From the NCBI GenBank assembly GCA_964016885.1, contig CAXHJY010000366.1:1-64000 (forward strand): DNA of 64,000 nucleotides, written 5' to 3'. Every line of letters begins with the position of its first letter. The stretch's first letter is position 1. The position numbers and the translations under genes were made by a program. The notes under the pieces were generated by a model. It searched no databases. It saw only the letters and a list, made by a program, of their open reading frames with translations, and had not been told where the DNA came from. This document shows, in pieces, positions 38,401 to 53,200 of this stretch. The stretch comes from Eledone cirrhosa (taxonomy: Eukaryota).

Positions 38401-41400
38401 TGGTGGTGGTGGTGGCAATGATATACCGGAAGTGTTGACATCACACTCTCTCTTTCTATATATATGGTAGTAGAAGTGGTGGTGGTGGTGGCAACGATAT
38501 ATCAAAGGTGTTGACATCACACTCTCTCTTTCTATATATATATGGTAGTGGATGTGGTGGTGCTGGTGGTGGTGGCAATGATATACCGGAGGTGTTGACA
38601 TCACACTCTCCCTTTCTATATATATGGTAGTTGAAGTGGTGGTGGTGGTGGCAATGATATAGCGGAAGTGTTGACATCACACTCTCTCTTTCTATATATA
38701 TATGGTAGTGGAAGTGGTGGTGGTGGTGGTGACAATGATATACCGGAGGTGTTGACATCACACTCTCCCTTTCTATATATATGGTAGTTGAAGTGGTGGT
38801 GGTGGGGGCAATGATATACCGGAAGTGTTGACATCACACTCTCTCTTTCTATATGTATGGTAGTGGAAGTGATGGTGGTGGTGGTGGCAATGATATACCG
38901 GAGGTGTTGACATCACACTCTCTCTTTCTATATATATGGTAGTTGAAGTGATGGTGGTGGTGGTGGTGGCAATGATATACCGGAGGTGTTGACATCACAC
39001 TCTCTCTTTCTATATATAGGGTAGTGGAAGAGGTGGTGCTGGCAATGCTATACCGGAAGTGTTGACACCACACTCTCTCTTTCTATATATATGGTAGTTG
39101 AAGTAATGGTGGTGGTGGTGGCAATGATATACCGGAAGTGTTCACATCACACTCTCTCTTTCTATATATATGGTAGTGGAAGAGGTGGTGGTGGTGGCAA
39201 TGCTATACCGGAAGTGTTGACATCACACTCTCTCTTTCTATATATATGGTAGTTGAAGTAATGGTGGTGGTGGTGGCAATGATATACCGGAAGTGTTGAC
39301 ATCACACTCTCTCTTTCTATATATATGGTAGTGGAAGAGGTTGTGGTGGTGGCAATGCTATACCGGAAGTGTTGACATCACACTCTCTCTTTCTATATAT
39401 ATGGTAGTTGAAGTGGTGGTGGTGGTGGCAATGATATACCGGAAGTGTTGACATCACACTCTCTCTTTCTATATATATGGTAGTTGAAGTGGTGGTGGTG
39501 GTGGTGGCAATGATATACCGGAGGTGTTGACATCACACTCTCTCTTTCTATATATATGGTAGTGGAAGAGGTGGTGGTGGTGGCAATGCTATACCGGAAG
39601 TGTTGACATCACACTCTCTCTTTCTATATATATGGTAGTGGAAGAGGTGGTGGTGGTGGCAATGCTATACCGGAAGTGTTGACATCACACTCTCTCTTTC
39701 TATATATATGGTAGTTGAAGTGGTGGTGTTGGTGGCAATGATATACCGGAAGTGTTGACATCACACTCTCTCTTTCTATATATATGGTAGTGGAAGTGGT
39801 GGTGGTGGTGGCTACGATATACCGGAGGTGTTGACATCACACTCTCTCTCTTTCTATGTATATGGTAGTGGAAGTGGTGGTGGTGGTGGCAACGATATAC
39901 CGGAGGTGTTGACATCACACTCTCCCTTTCTATATATATGGTAGTTGAAGAGGTTGTGGCAATGATATAGCGGAATTGTTGACATCACACTCTCTCTTTC
40001 TATATATATGGTAGTGGAAGTGGTGGTGGTGGTGGCAATGATATACCGGAAGTGTTGACATCACACTCTCTCTTTCTATATATATGGTAGTTGAAGTGGT
40101 GGTGGTGGGGGCAATGATATACCGGAAGTGTTGACATCACACTCTCTCTTTCTATATATATGGTAGTTGAAGTGGTGGTGGTGGGGGCAACGATATACCG
40201 GAGGTGTTGACATCACACTCTCTCTTTTTATATATATGTTAGTGGAAGTGGTGGTGGTGGTGGCAATGATATACCGGAGGTGTTGACATCACACTCTCTC
40301 TTTCTATATATTTGGTAGTGGAAGTGGTGCTAGTGGTGGCAATGATATACCGGAAGTGTTGACATCACACTCTCTCTTTCTATATATATGGTAGTGGAAG
40401 AGGTGGTGGTGGTGGCAATGCTATACCGGAAGTGTTGACATCAAACTCTCTCTTTCTATATATATGGTAGTTGAAGTGGTGGTGGTGGTGGCAATGATAT
40501 ACCGGAGGTGTTGACATCACACTCTCTCTTTCTATATATCTGGTAGTCGAAGTAATGGTGGTGGTGGTGGAAATGATATACCGGAAGTGTTGACATCACA
40601 CTCTCTCTTTTTATATATATGGTAGTGGAAGTGGTGGTGGTGGTGGCAATGATATACCGGAGGTGTTGACATCACACTCTCTCTTTCTATATATATGGTA
40701 GTGGAAGTGGTGGTGGTGGTGGCAATGATATACCGGAAGTGTTGACATCACACTCTCTCTTTCTATATATATGGTAGTTGAAGTAATGGTGGTGGTAGTG
40801 GAAATGATATACCGGAAGTGTTGATATCACACTCTCTCTTTCTATATATATGGAAGTGGAAGTGGTGGTGGTGGTGGTGGCAACGATATACCGGAGGTGT
40901 TGACATCACACTCTCTCTCTTTCTATATATATGGTAGTGGAAGTGGTGGTGGTGGTGGCAACGATATACCGGAGGTGTTGACATCACACTCTCTCTCTTT
41001 CTATATATATGGTAGTAGAAGTGGTGGTGGTGGTGGTGGTGGCAATGATATACCGGAGGTGTTGACATCATACTCTCTCTTTCTATATATATGGTAGTGG
41101 AAGTGATGGCGGTGGTGGCAACGATATATCGGAGGTGTTGACATCACTCTCTCTCTTTCTATATATATGGTAGTGGAAGTGGTGGTGGTGGTGGCAATGA
41201 TATACCGGAAGTGTCGACATCACACTCTCTCTTTCTATATATATGGAAGTTGAAGTGGTGGTGGTGGTGGCAATGATATACAGGAAGTGTCGACATCACG
41301 CTCTCTCTTTCTATATATATGGTAGTAGAAGTGGTGGTGGTGGTGGTGTCAATGATATACCGGAAGTGGTGACATCACACTCTCTCTTTCTATATATATG

Positions 41401-43809
41401 GTAGGTGAAGTGGAGGTGGTGGTGGCAATGATATACCTGAAGTGTTGACATCACACTCTCTCTCTTTCTATATATATGGTAGTTGAAGTGGTGGTGATAG
41501 TGGTGGCAACAATATACCGGAAGTGTTCACATCACACTCTCTCTTTCTATATATATGGTAGTTGAAGTGGTGGTGGTGGTGGCAATGATATACCGGAAGT
41601 GTCGACATCACACTCTCTCTTTCTATATATATGGAAGTTGAAGTGGTGGTGGTGGTGGCAACGATATACAGGAAGTGTTGACATCACACTCTCTCTTTCT
41701 ATATATATGGTAGTTGAAGTGGTGGTGGTGGTGGCAATGATATACCGGAAGTGTTGACATCACACACTCTCTTTCTATAGATATGGTAGTGAAAGTGGTG
41801 GTGGTGGTGGTGGCAACGATATACCGGAAGTGTTAACATCACACTCTCTCTCTTTCTATATATATGGTAGTAGAAGTGGTGGTGGTGGTGGCAATGATAT
41901 ACCGGAAGTGTTGATATCACACTCTCTCTTTCTATATATATATGGTAGTTGAAATGGTGGTTGTGGTGGTGGCAACGATATACCGGTAGTGTTGACATCA
42001 CACTCTCTCTTTCTATATATATGGTAGTGGAAGTGGTGGTGGTGGTAGCAACGATATACCGGAAGTGTTGACATCACACTCTCTCTTTCTATATATATGG
42101 TAGTAGAAGTCGTGGTGTTGGTGGCAATGATATACCGGAGGTGTTGACGTCACATACTCTCTTTCTATATATATATGGTTGTGGAAGTGGTGGTGGTGGT
42201 TGCAATGATATACTGGAGGTGTTGACATCACACTCTCTCTTTCTATATATATGGTAGTAGAAGTCGTGGTGTTGGTGGCAATGATATACCAGAAGTGTTG
42301 ACATCACACTCTCTCTTTCTATATATATGGTAGTGGAAGTGGTGGTGGTGGTTGTAATGATATACTGGAGGTGTTGACATCACACTCTCTCTTTCTATAT
42401 ATATGGTAGTTGAAGTGGTGGTGGCAATGATATACCGGAAGTGTTGACATCACACTCTCTCTTTCTATATATATGGTAGTTGAAGTGATGGTGGTGGTGG
42501 TGGCAATGATATACCGGAAGTGTTGACATCACTCTCTCTCTTTCTGTATATATGGTAGTAGAAGTGGTGGTGGTGGTGGTAACGATATACCGGAAGTGTT
42601 GACATCACACTCTCTCTTTCTATATATATGGTAGTAGAAGTGGTGGTGGTGGTGGTAACGATATACCGGAAGTGTTGACATCACAATCTCTCTTTCTATA
42701 TATATGGTAGTAGAAGTGGTGGTGGTGGTGGTGGCAATGAAATACCGGAAGTGTTGATATCACACTCTCTCTTTCTATATATATGGTAGTGGAAGAGGTG
42801 GTGGTGGTGGCAATGATATACCGGAAGTGTTGATATCACACTCTCTCTTTCTATATATATGGTAGTGGAAGTGGTGGTGGTGGTGGTAATGATATACCGG
42901 AAGTGTTGACATCACACTCTCTCTTTCTATATATATGGTAGTGGAAGAGGTGGTGGTGGTGGCAATGATATACCGGAAGTGTTGACATCACACTCTCTCT
43001 TTCTATATATATGGTAGTTGAAGTGGTGGTGGTGGTGGCAATGATATACCGGAAGTGTTGACATCACACTCTCTCTCTTTCTATATATATGGTAGTTGAA
43101 GGGGTGGTGGTGGTGGTAATGATATACCGGAAGTGTTGACATCACACTCTCTCTTTCTATATATATGGTAGTGGAAGTGGTGGTGGTGGTGGCAATGATA
43201 TATCGGAAGTGTTGACATCACACTCTCTCTCTTTCTATATATATGGTAGTTGAAGTGATGGTGGTGGTGGCAATGATATACCGGAAGTGTTGACATCACA
43301 CTCACTCTTTCTATATATATGTTAGTGGAAGGGGTGGTGGTGGTGGTAATGATATACCGGAAGTGTTGACATCACACTCTCTCTTTCTATATATATGGTA
43401 GTGGAAGTGGTGGTGGTGGTGGTAATGATATACCGGAAGTGTTGACATCACACTCTCTCTTTCTATATATATGGTAGTGGAAGAGGTGGTGGTGGTGGCA
43501 ATGATATACCGGAAGTGTTGACATCACACTCTCTCTTTCTATATATATGGTAGTTGAAGTGGTGGTGGTGGTGGCAATGATATACCGGAAGTGTTGACAT
43601 CACACTCTCTCTTTCTATATATATGGTAGTAGAAGAGGTGGTGGTGGTGGCAATGATATACCGGAGGTGTTGACATCACACTCTCTCTTTCTATATATAT
43701 GGTAGTTGAAGTGGTGGTGGTGGTGGTGGAAATGATATACCGGAAGTGTTGACATCACACTCTCTCTTTTTATATATATGGTAGTGGAAGTGGTTGTGGT
43801 GGTGGCAAT

Positions 43810-46800
43810 GATATACCGGAAGTGTTGACATCACACTCTCTCTTTCTATATATATGGTAGTGGAAGAGGTGGTGGTGGGGGAAATGATATACGGGGAGTG
43901 TTGACATCACACTCTCTCTTTCTATATATATGGTAGTTGAAGTGGTGGTGGTGGTGGCAACGATATACCGGAGGTATTGACATCACACTCTCTCTTTCTA
44001 TATATATATGGTAGTGGAAGTGGTGGTGGTGGTGGCAATGATATACCGGAAGTGTTGACATCACACTCTCTCTTTCTATATATATGGTAGTGGAAGAGGT
44101 GGTGGTGGTGGCAATGATATACCGGAAGTGTTGACATCACACTCTCTCTTTCTATATATATGGAAGTTGAAGTGGTGGTGGTGGTGGGAATGATATACCG
44201 GAGGTGTTGACATCACACTCTCTCTTTCTATATATATGGTAATTGAAGAGGTGGTGGTGGTGGCAATGATATTCCGGAAGTGTTAACATCACACTCTCTC
44301 TTTCTATATATATGGTAGTTGAAGTGGTGGTGGTGGTGGCAATGATATACCGGAGGTGTTGACATCACACTCTCTCTTTCTATATATCTGGTAGTCGAAG
44401 TAATGGTGGTGGTAGTGGAAATGATATACCGGAAGTGTTGACATCACACTCTCTCTTTCTATATATATGGTAGTGGAAGAGGTGGTGGTGGTGGCAATGC
44501 TATACCGGAAGTGTTGACATCACACTCTCTCTTTCTATTTATATGGTAGTTGAAGTGGTGGTGGTGGTGGTGGCAATGATATACCGGAGGTGTTGACATC
44601 ACACTCTCTCTTTCTATATATATGGTAGTGGAAGTGGTGGTGGTGGTGGCAATGATATACCGGAAGTGTTGACATCACACTCTCTCTTTCTATATATATG
44701 GTAGTGGAACAGGTGGTGGTGGTGGCAATGATATACCGGAAGTGTTAACATCACACTCTCTCTTTCTATATATATGGTAGTTGAAGTGGTGGTGGTGGTG
44801 GCAATGATATACCGGAGGTGTTGACATCACACTCTCTCTTTCTATATATCTGGTAGTTGAAGTAATGGTGGTGGTTGTGGAAATGATATACCGGAAGTTT
44901 TGACATCACACTCTCTCTTTCTATATATCTGGTAGTGGAAGAGGTGGTGGTGGTGGCAATGATATACCGGAGGTGTTGACATCACACTCTCTCTTTCTAT
45001 ATATATGGTAGTGGAAGTGGTGGTGATGGTGGCAATGATATACTGGAAGTGTTGACATCACACTCTCTCTTTCTATATATATGGTAGTGGAAGTGGTGGT
45101 GATGGTGGCAATGATATACTGGAAGTGTTGACATCACACTCTCTCTTTCTATATATATGGTAGTGGAAGTGGTGGTGATGGTGGCAATGATATACTGGAA
45201 GTGTTGACATCACACTCTCTCTTTCTATATATATGGTAGTGGAAGTGGTGGTGATGGTGGCAATGATATACTGGAAGTGTTGACATCACACTCTCTCTTT
45301 CTATATATATGGTAGTGGAAGTGGTGGTGATGGTGGCAATGATATACTGGAAGTGTTGACATCACACTCTCTCTTTCTATATATATGGTAGTTGAAGAGG
45401 TGGTGGTGGTGGCAATGATATACCGGAAGTGTTGACATCACACTCTCTCTTTCTATATATATGGTAGTGGAAGTGGTGGTGGTGGTGGCAATGATATACC
45501 GGAAGTGTTGACATCACACTCTCTCTTTCTATATATATGGTAGTGGAAGAGGTGGTGGTGGGGGAAATGATATACGGGGAGTGTTGACATCACACTCTCT
45601 CTTTCTATATATATGGTAGTTGAAGTGGTGGTGGTGGTGGCAACGATATACCGGAGGTGTTGACATCACACTCTCTCTTTCTATATATATATGGTAGTGG
45701 AAGTGGTGGTGGTGGTGGCAATGATATACCGGAAGTGTTGACATCACACTCTCTCTTTCTATATATATGGTAGTGGAAGAGGTGGTGGTGGTGGCAATGA
45801 TATACCGGAAGTGTTGACATCACACTCTCTCTTTCTATATATATGGAAGTTGAAGTGGTGGTGGTGGTGGGAATGATATACCGGAGGTGTTGACATCACA
45901 CTCTCTCTTTCTATATATATGGTAGTTGAAGAGGTGGTGGTGGTGGCAATGATATTCCGGAAGTGTTAACATCACACTCTCTCTTTCTATATATATGGTA
46001 GTTGAAGTGGTGGTGGTGGTGGCAATGATATACCGGAGGTGTTGACATCACACTCTCTCTTTCTATATATCTGGTAGTCGAAGTAATGGTGGTGGTAGTG
46101 GAAATGATATACCGGAAGTGTTGACATCACACTCTCTCTTTCTATATATATGGTAGTGGAAGAGGTGGTGGTGGTGGCAATGCTATACCGGAAGTGTTGA
46201 CATCACACTCTCTCTTTCTATTTATATGGTAGTTGAAGTGGTGGTGGTGGTGGTGGCAATGATATACCGGAGGTGTTGACATCACACTCTCTCTTTCTAT
46301 ATATATGGTAGTGGAAGTGGTGGTGGTGGTGGCAATGATATACCGGAAGTGTTGACATCACACTCTCTCTTTCTATATATATGGTAGTGGAACAGGTGGT
46401 GGTGGTGGCAATGATATACCGGAAGTGTTAACATCACACTCTCTCTTTCTATATATATGGTAGTTGAAGTGGTGGTGGTGGTGGCAATGATATACCGGAG
46501 GTGTTGACATCACACTCTCTCTTTCTATATATCTGGTAGTTGAAGTAATGGTGGTGGTTGTGGAAATGATATACCGGAAGTTTTGACATCACACTCTCTC
46601 TTTCTATATATATGGTAGTGGAAGAGGTGGTGGTGGTGGCAATGATATACCGGAGGTGTTGACATCACACTCTCTCTTTCTATATATATGGTAGTGGAAG
46701 TGGTGGTGATGGTGGCAATGATATACTGGAAGTGTTGACATCACACTCTCTCTTTCTATATATATGGTAGTGGAAGTGGTGGTGATGGTGGCAATGATAT

Positions 46801-47200
46801 ACTGGAAGTGTTGACATCACACTCTCTCTTTCTATATATATGGTAGTGGAAGTGGTGGTGATGGTGGCAATGATATACTGGAAGTGTTGACATCACACTC
46901 TCTCTTTCTATATATATGGTAGTGGAAGTGGTGGTGATGGTGGCAATGATATACTGGAAGTGTTGACATCACACTCTCTCTTTCTATATATATGGTAGTG
47001 GAAGTGGTGGTGATGGTGGCAATGATATACTGGAAGTGTTGACATCACACTCTCTCTTTCTATATATATGGTAGTTGAAGAGGTGGTGGTGGTGGCAATG
47101 ATATACCGGAAGTGTTGACATCACACTCTCTCTTTCTATATATATGGTAGTGGAAGTGGTGGTGGTGGTGGCAATGATATACCGGAAGTGTTGACATCAC
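43810..47200 (+). repeat. Tandem higher-order duplication, period 1683 bp (about 22 monomers); boundaries approximate
   Basis: ORF offsets 43846/45529 and 43922/45605. The rare variants TACGGGGAG, GATATTCCGG, GGAACAGG and AAGTTTTGAC occur in the same order in both copies. Confidence 0.92.
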
Positions 47201-50200
47201 ACTCTCTCTTTCTATATATATGGTAGTTGAAGAGGTGGTGGTGGTGGCAATGATATACCGGAAGTGTTAACATCACACTCTCTCTTTCTATATATATGGT
47301 AGTTGAAGTGGTGGTGGTGGTGGCAATGATATACCGGAGGTGTTGACATCACCCTCTCTCTTTCTATATATCTGGTAGTTGAAGTAATTGTGGTGGTAGT
47401 GGAAATGATATACCGGAAGTGTTGACATCACACTCTCTCTTTCTATATATATGGTAGTGGAAGAGGTGGTGGTGGTGGCAATGCTATACCGGAAGTGTTG
47501 ACATCACACTCTCTCTTTCTATATATATGGTAGTTGAAGTGGTGGTGGTGGTGGCAATGATATACCGGAGGTGTTGACATCACACTCTCTCTTTCTATAT
47601 ATCTGGTAGTTGAAGTAATGGTGGTGGTGGTGGAAATGATATACCGGAAGTGTTGACATCACACTCTCTCTTTCTATATATATGGTAGTGGAAGAGGTGG
47701 TGGTGGTGGCAATGACATACCGGAAGTGTTAACATCACAGTCTCTCTTTCTATATATATGGTAGTTGAAGTGGTGGTGGTGGTGGCAATGATATACCGGA
47801 GGTGTTGACATCACACTCTCTCTTTCTATATATCTGGTAGTTGAAGTAATGGTGGTGGTAGTGGAAATGATATACCGGAAGGGTTGACATCACACTCTCT
47901 CTTTCTATATATATGGTAGTTGAAGTGATGGTGGTGGTGGTGGCAATGATATACCGGTAGTGTTGACATCACACTCTCTCTTTCTATATATATGGTAGTG
48001 GAAGTGGTGGTGGTGGTGGCAATGATATACCGGAAGTGTTGACATCACACTCTCTCTTTCTATATATATGGTAGTGGAAGAGGTGGTGGTGGTGGCAATG
48101 CTATACCGGAAGTGTTGACATCACACTCTCTCTTTCTATATATATGGTAGTTGAAGTGGTGGTGGTGGTGGCAATGATATACCGGAAGTGTTGACATCAC
48201 ACTCTCTCTTTCTATATATATGGTAGTTGAAGTGGTGGTGGTGGTGGCAATGATATACCGGAAGTGTTGACATCACACTCTCTCTTTCTATATATATGGT
48301 AATAGAAGTGGTGGTGGTGGTTGCAATGATATACCGGAAGTGTTGATATCACACTCTCTCTTTCTATATATATGGTAGTGGAAGTGGTGGTGGTGGTGGC
48401 AACGATATACCGGAGGTGTTGACATCACACTCTCTCTCTTTCTATGTATATGGTAGTGGAAGTGGTGGTGGTGGTGGCAACGATATACCGGAGGTGTTGA
48501 CATCACACTCTCTCTTTCTATATATATATGGTAGTGGATGTGGTGGTGCTGGTGGTGGTGGCAATGATATACCGGAGGTGTTGACATCACACTCTCTCTT
48601 TCTATATATATGGTAGTAGAAGTGGTGGTGGTGGCAATGATATACCGGAAGTGTTGATATCACACTCTCTCCTTCTATATATATGGTAGTAGAAGTGGTG
48701 GTGGTGGTTGTGGCAATGATATACCGGAAGTGTTGACATCACACTCTCTCTTTCTATATATATGGTAGTGGAAGTGGTGGTGGTGGTGGCAACGATATAC
48801 CGGAGGTGTTGACATCACACTCTCTCTTTCTATATATCTGGTAGTTGAAGTAATGGTGGTGGTGGTGTCAATGATATACCGGAAGTGGTGACATCACACT
48901 CTCTCTTTCTATATATATGGTAGTAGAAGAGGTGGTGGTGGTGGCAATGATATACCGGAGGTGTTGACATCACACTCTCTCTTTCTACATATATGGTAGG
49001 TGAAGTGGTGGTGGTGCTGGCAATGATATACCGGAAGTGTTGACATCACACTCTCTCTTTCTATATATATGGTAGGTGAAGTGGAGGTGGTGGTGGCAAT
49101 GATATACCGGAAGTGTTGACATCACACTCTCTCTCTTTCTATATATATGGTAGTGGAAGTGGTGGTGGTAGTGACAACGATATACCGGAAGTGTTGACAT
49201 CACACTCTCTCTCTTTCTATATATATGGTAGTAGAAGTGGTGGTGGTGGTGGTGGCAATGATATACCGGAGGTGTTGACATCACACTCTCTCTTTGTATA
49301 TATATATGGTAGTGGATGTGGTGGTGCTGGTGGTGGTGGCAATGATATACCGGAAGTGTTGACATCACACTCTCTCTTTCTATATATCTGGAAGTTGAAG
49401 TGTTGGTGGTGGTTGTGGCAATGATATACCGGAAGTGTCGACATCACACTCTTTCTTTCTATATATATGGTAGTGGAAGTGGTGGTGGTGGTGGCAATGA
49501 TATACCGGAAGTGTTGACATCACACTCTCACTTTCTATATATATATGGTAGTGGAAGTGGTGGTGGTGGTGGCAATGATATACCGGAAGTGTTGACATCA
49601 CACTCTCTCTTTCTATATATATGGTAGTGGAAGAGGTGGTGGTGGTGTCAATGATATACCGGAAGTGTTGACATCACACTCTCTCTTTCTATATATATGG
49701 AAGTTGAAGTGGTGGTGGTGGTGGCAATGATATACCGGAGGTGTTGACATCACACTCTCTCTTTCTATATATCTGGTAGTTGAAGTAATGGTGGTGGTGG
49801 TGGAAATGATATACCGGAGGTGTTGACATCATACTCTCTCTTTCTATATATATGGTAGTAGAAGTGGTGGTGGTGGTGGCAATGATATACCGGAGGTGTT
49901 GACATCACACTCTCTCTTTTTATATATATGGTAGTGGAAGTGGTGGTGGTGGTGGCAATGATATACCGGAGGTGTTGACATCACACTCTCTCTTTCTATA
50001 TATATGGTAGTGGAAGTGGTGGTGGTGGTGGCAATGATGTACCGGAAGTGTTGACATCACACTCTCTCTTTCTATATATATGGTAGTTGAAGAGGTGGTG
50101 GTGGTGGCAATGATATACCGGAAGTGTTAACATCACACTCTCTCTTTCTATATATATGGTAGTTGAAGTGGTGGTGGTGGTGGCAATGATATACCGGAGG

Positions 50201-53200
50201 TGTTGACATCACACTCTCTCTTTCTATATATATGGTAGTTGAAGTGATGGTGGTGGTGGTGGCAATGATATACCGGTAGTGTTGACATCACACTCTCTCT
50301 TTCTATATATATGGTAGTGGAAGTGGTGGTGGTGGTGGCAATGATATACCGGAGGTGTTGACATCACACTCTCTCTTTCTATATATATGGTAGTGGAAGA
50401 GGTGGTGGTGGTGGCAATGATATACCGGAGGTGTTGACATCACACTCACTCTTTCTATATATATGGTAGTGGAAGTGGTGGTGGTGGTGGCAATGATATA
50501 CCGGAAGTGTTGACATCACACTCTCTCTTTCTATATATATGGTAGTTGAAGTGGTGGTGGTGGTGGCAATGATATACCGGAGGTGTTGACATCACACTCT
50601 CTCTTTCTATATATATGGTAGTGGAAGTGGTGGTGGTGGTGGCAATGATATACCGGAAGTGTTGACATCACACTCTCTCTTTCTATATATATGGTAGTGG
50701 AAGTGGTGGTGGTGGTGGCAATGCTATACCGGAAGTGTTGACATCACACTCTCTCTTTCTATATATATAGTAGTTGAAGTGGTGGTGGTTGTGGCAATGA
50801 TATACCGGAGGTGTTGACATCACACTCTCTCTTTCTATATATATGGTAGTGGAAGTGGTGGTGGTGGTGGCAATGATATACCGGAAGTGTTGACATCACA
50901 CTCTCTCTTTCTATATATATGGTAGTGGAAGAGGTGGTGGTGGTGGCAATGATATACCGGAAGTGTTAACATCACACTCTCTCTTTCTATATATATGGTA
51001 GTTGAAGAGGTGGTGGTGGTGGCAATGATATACCGGAAGTGTTAACATCACACTCTCTCTTTCTATATATATGGTAGTTGAAGTGGTGGTGGTGGTGGCA
51101 ATGATATACCGGAGGTGTTGACATCACACTCTCTCTTTCTATATATATGGTAGTTGAAGTGATGGTGGTGGTGGTGGCAATGATATACCGGTAGTGTTGA
51201 CATCACACTCTCTCTTTCTATATATCTGGAAGTTGAAGTGTTGGTGGTGGTTGTGGCAATGATATACCGGAAGTGTTGACATCACACTCTCTCTTTGTAT
51301 ATATATATGGTAGTGGATGTGGTGGTGCTGGTGGTGGTGGCAATGATATACCGGAAGTGTTGACATCACACTCTCTCTTTCTATATATCTGGAAGTTGAA
51401 GTGTTGGTGGTGGTTGTGGCAATGATATACCGGAAGTGTCGACATCACACTCTTTCTTTCTATATATATGGTAGTGGAAGTGGTGGTGGTGGTGGCAATG
51501 ATATACCGGAAGTGTTGACATCACACTCTCACTTTCTATATATATGGTAGTAGAAGTGGTGGTGGTGGTGGCAATGATATACCGGAAGTGTTGACATCAC
51601 ACTCTCTCTCTTTCTATATATATGTTAGTGGAAGTGGTGGTGGTGGTGGTGGTAATGATATACCGGAAGTGTTGACATCACACTCTCTCTTTCTATATAT
51701 ATGGTAGTTGAAGTGATGGTGGTGGTGGTGGGAATGATATACCGGAAGTGTTGACATCACACTCTCTCTTTCTATATATATGGTAGTTGAAGTGGTGGTG
51801 GTGGTGGCAATGATATACCGGAGGTGTTGACATCACACTCTCTCTTTCTATATATATAGTAGTTGAAGTGGTGGTGGTGGTGGTGGAAATGATATACCGG
51901 AAGTGTTGACATAACACTCTCTCTTTTTATATATATGGTAGTGGAAGTGGTTGTGGTGGTGGCAATGATATACCGGAAGTGTTGACATCACACTCTCTCT
52001 TTCTATATATATGGTAGTGGAAGTGGTGGTGGTGGTGGCAACGATATACCGGAGGTGTTGACATCACACGCTCTCTTTCTATATATCTGGTAGTTGAAGT
52101 AATGGTGGTGGTGGTAGTGGAAATGATATACCGGAAGTGTTGACATCACACTCTCTCTTTCTATATATATGGTAGTTGAAGTGGTGGTGGCAATGATATA
52201 CCGGAAGTGTTGACATCACACTCTCCCTTTCTATATATATGGAAGTTGAAGTGGTGGTGGTGGTGGCAATGATATACCGGAAGTGTCGACATCACACTCT
52301 CTCTTTCTATATATATGGTAGTAGAAGTGGTGGTGGTGGTGTCAATGATATACCGGAAGTGGTGACATCACACTCTCTCTTTCTATATATATGGTAGTAG
52401 AAGAGGTGGTGGTGGTGGCAATGATATACCGGAGGTGTTGACATCACACTCTCTCTTTCTATATATATGGTAGTTGAAGTGGTGGTGGTGGTGGTGGAAA
52501 TGATATACCGGAAGTGTTGACATCACACTCTCTCTTTCTATATATATGGTAGTGGAAGAGGTGGTGGTGGTGGCAATGATATACCGGAAGTGTTGACATC
52601 ACACTCTCTCTTTCTTTATATATGGTAGTGGAAGAGGTGGTGGTGGTGGCAATGATATACCGGAAGTGTTGACATCACACTCTCTCTTTCTATATATATG
52701 GTAGTTGAAGTGGTGGTGGTGGTGGTGGTAATGATATACCGGAAGTGTTGACATCACACTCTCTCTTTCTATATATATGGTAGTGGAAGAGGTGGTGGTG
52801 GTGGCAATGATATACCGGAGGTGTTGACATCACACTCTCTCTTTCTATATATATGGTAGTTGAAGTGGTGGTGGTGGTGGTGGAAATGATATACCGGAAG
52901 TGTTGACATCACACTCTCTCTTTTTATATATATGGTAGTGGAAGTGGTTGTGGTGGTGGCAATGATATACCGGAGTGTTGACATCACACTCTCTCTTTCT
53001 ATATATATGGTAGTGGAAGAGGTGGTGGTGGTGGCAATGATATATCGGAAGTGTTGACATCACACTCTCTCTTTCTATATATATGGAAGTTGAAGTGGTG
53101 GTGGTGGTGGCAACGATATACCGGAGGTGTTGACATCACACTCTCTCTTTCTATATATGTATGGTAGTGGAAGTGGTGGTGGTGGTGGCAATGATATACC

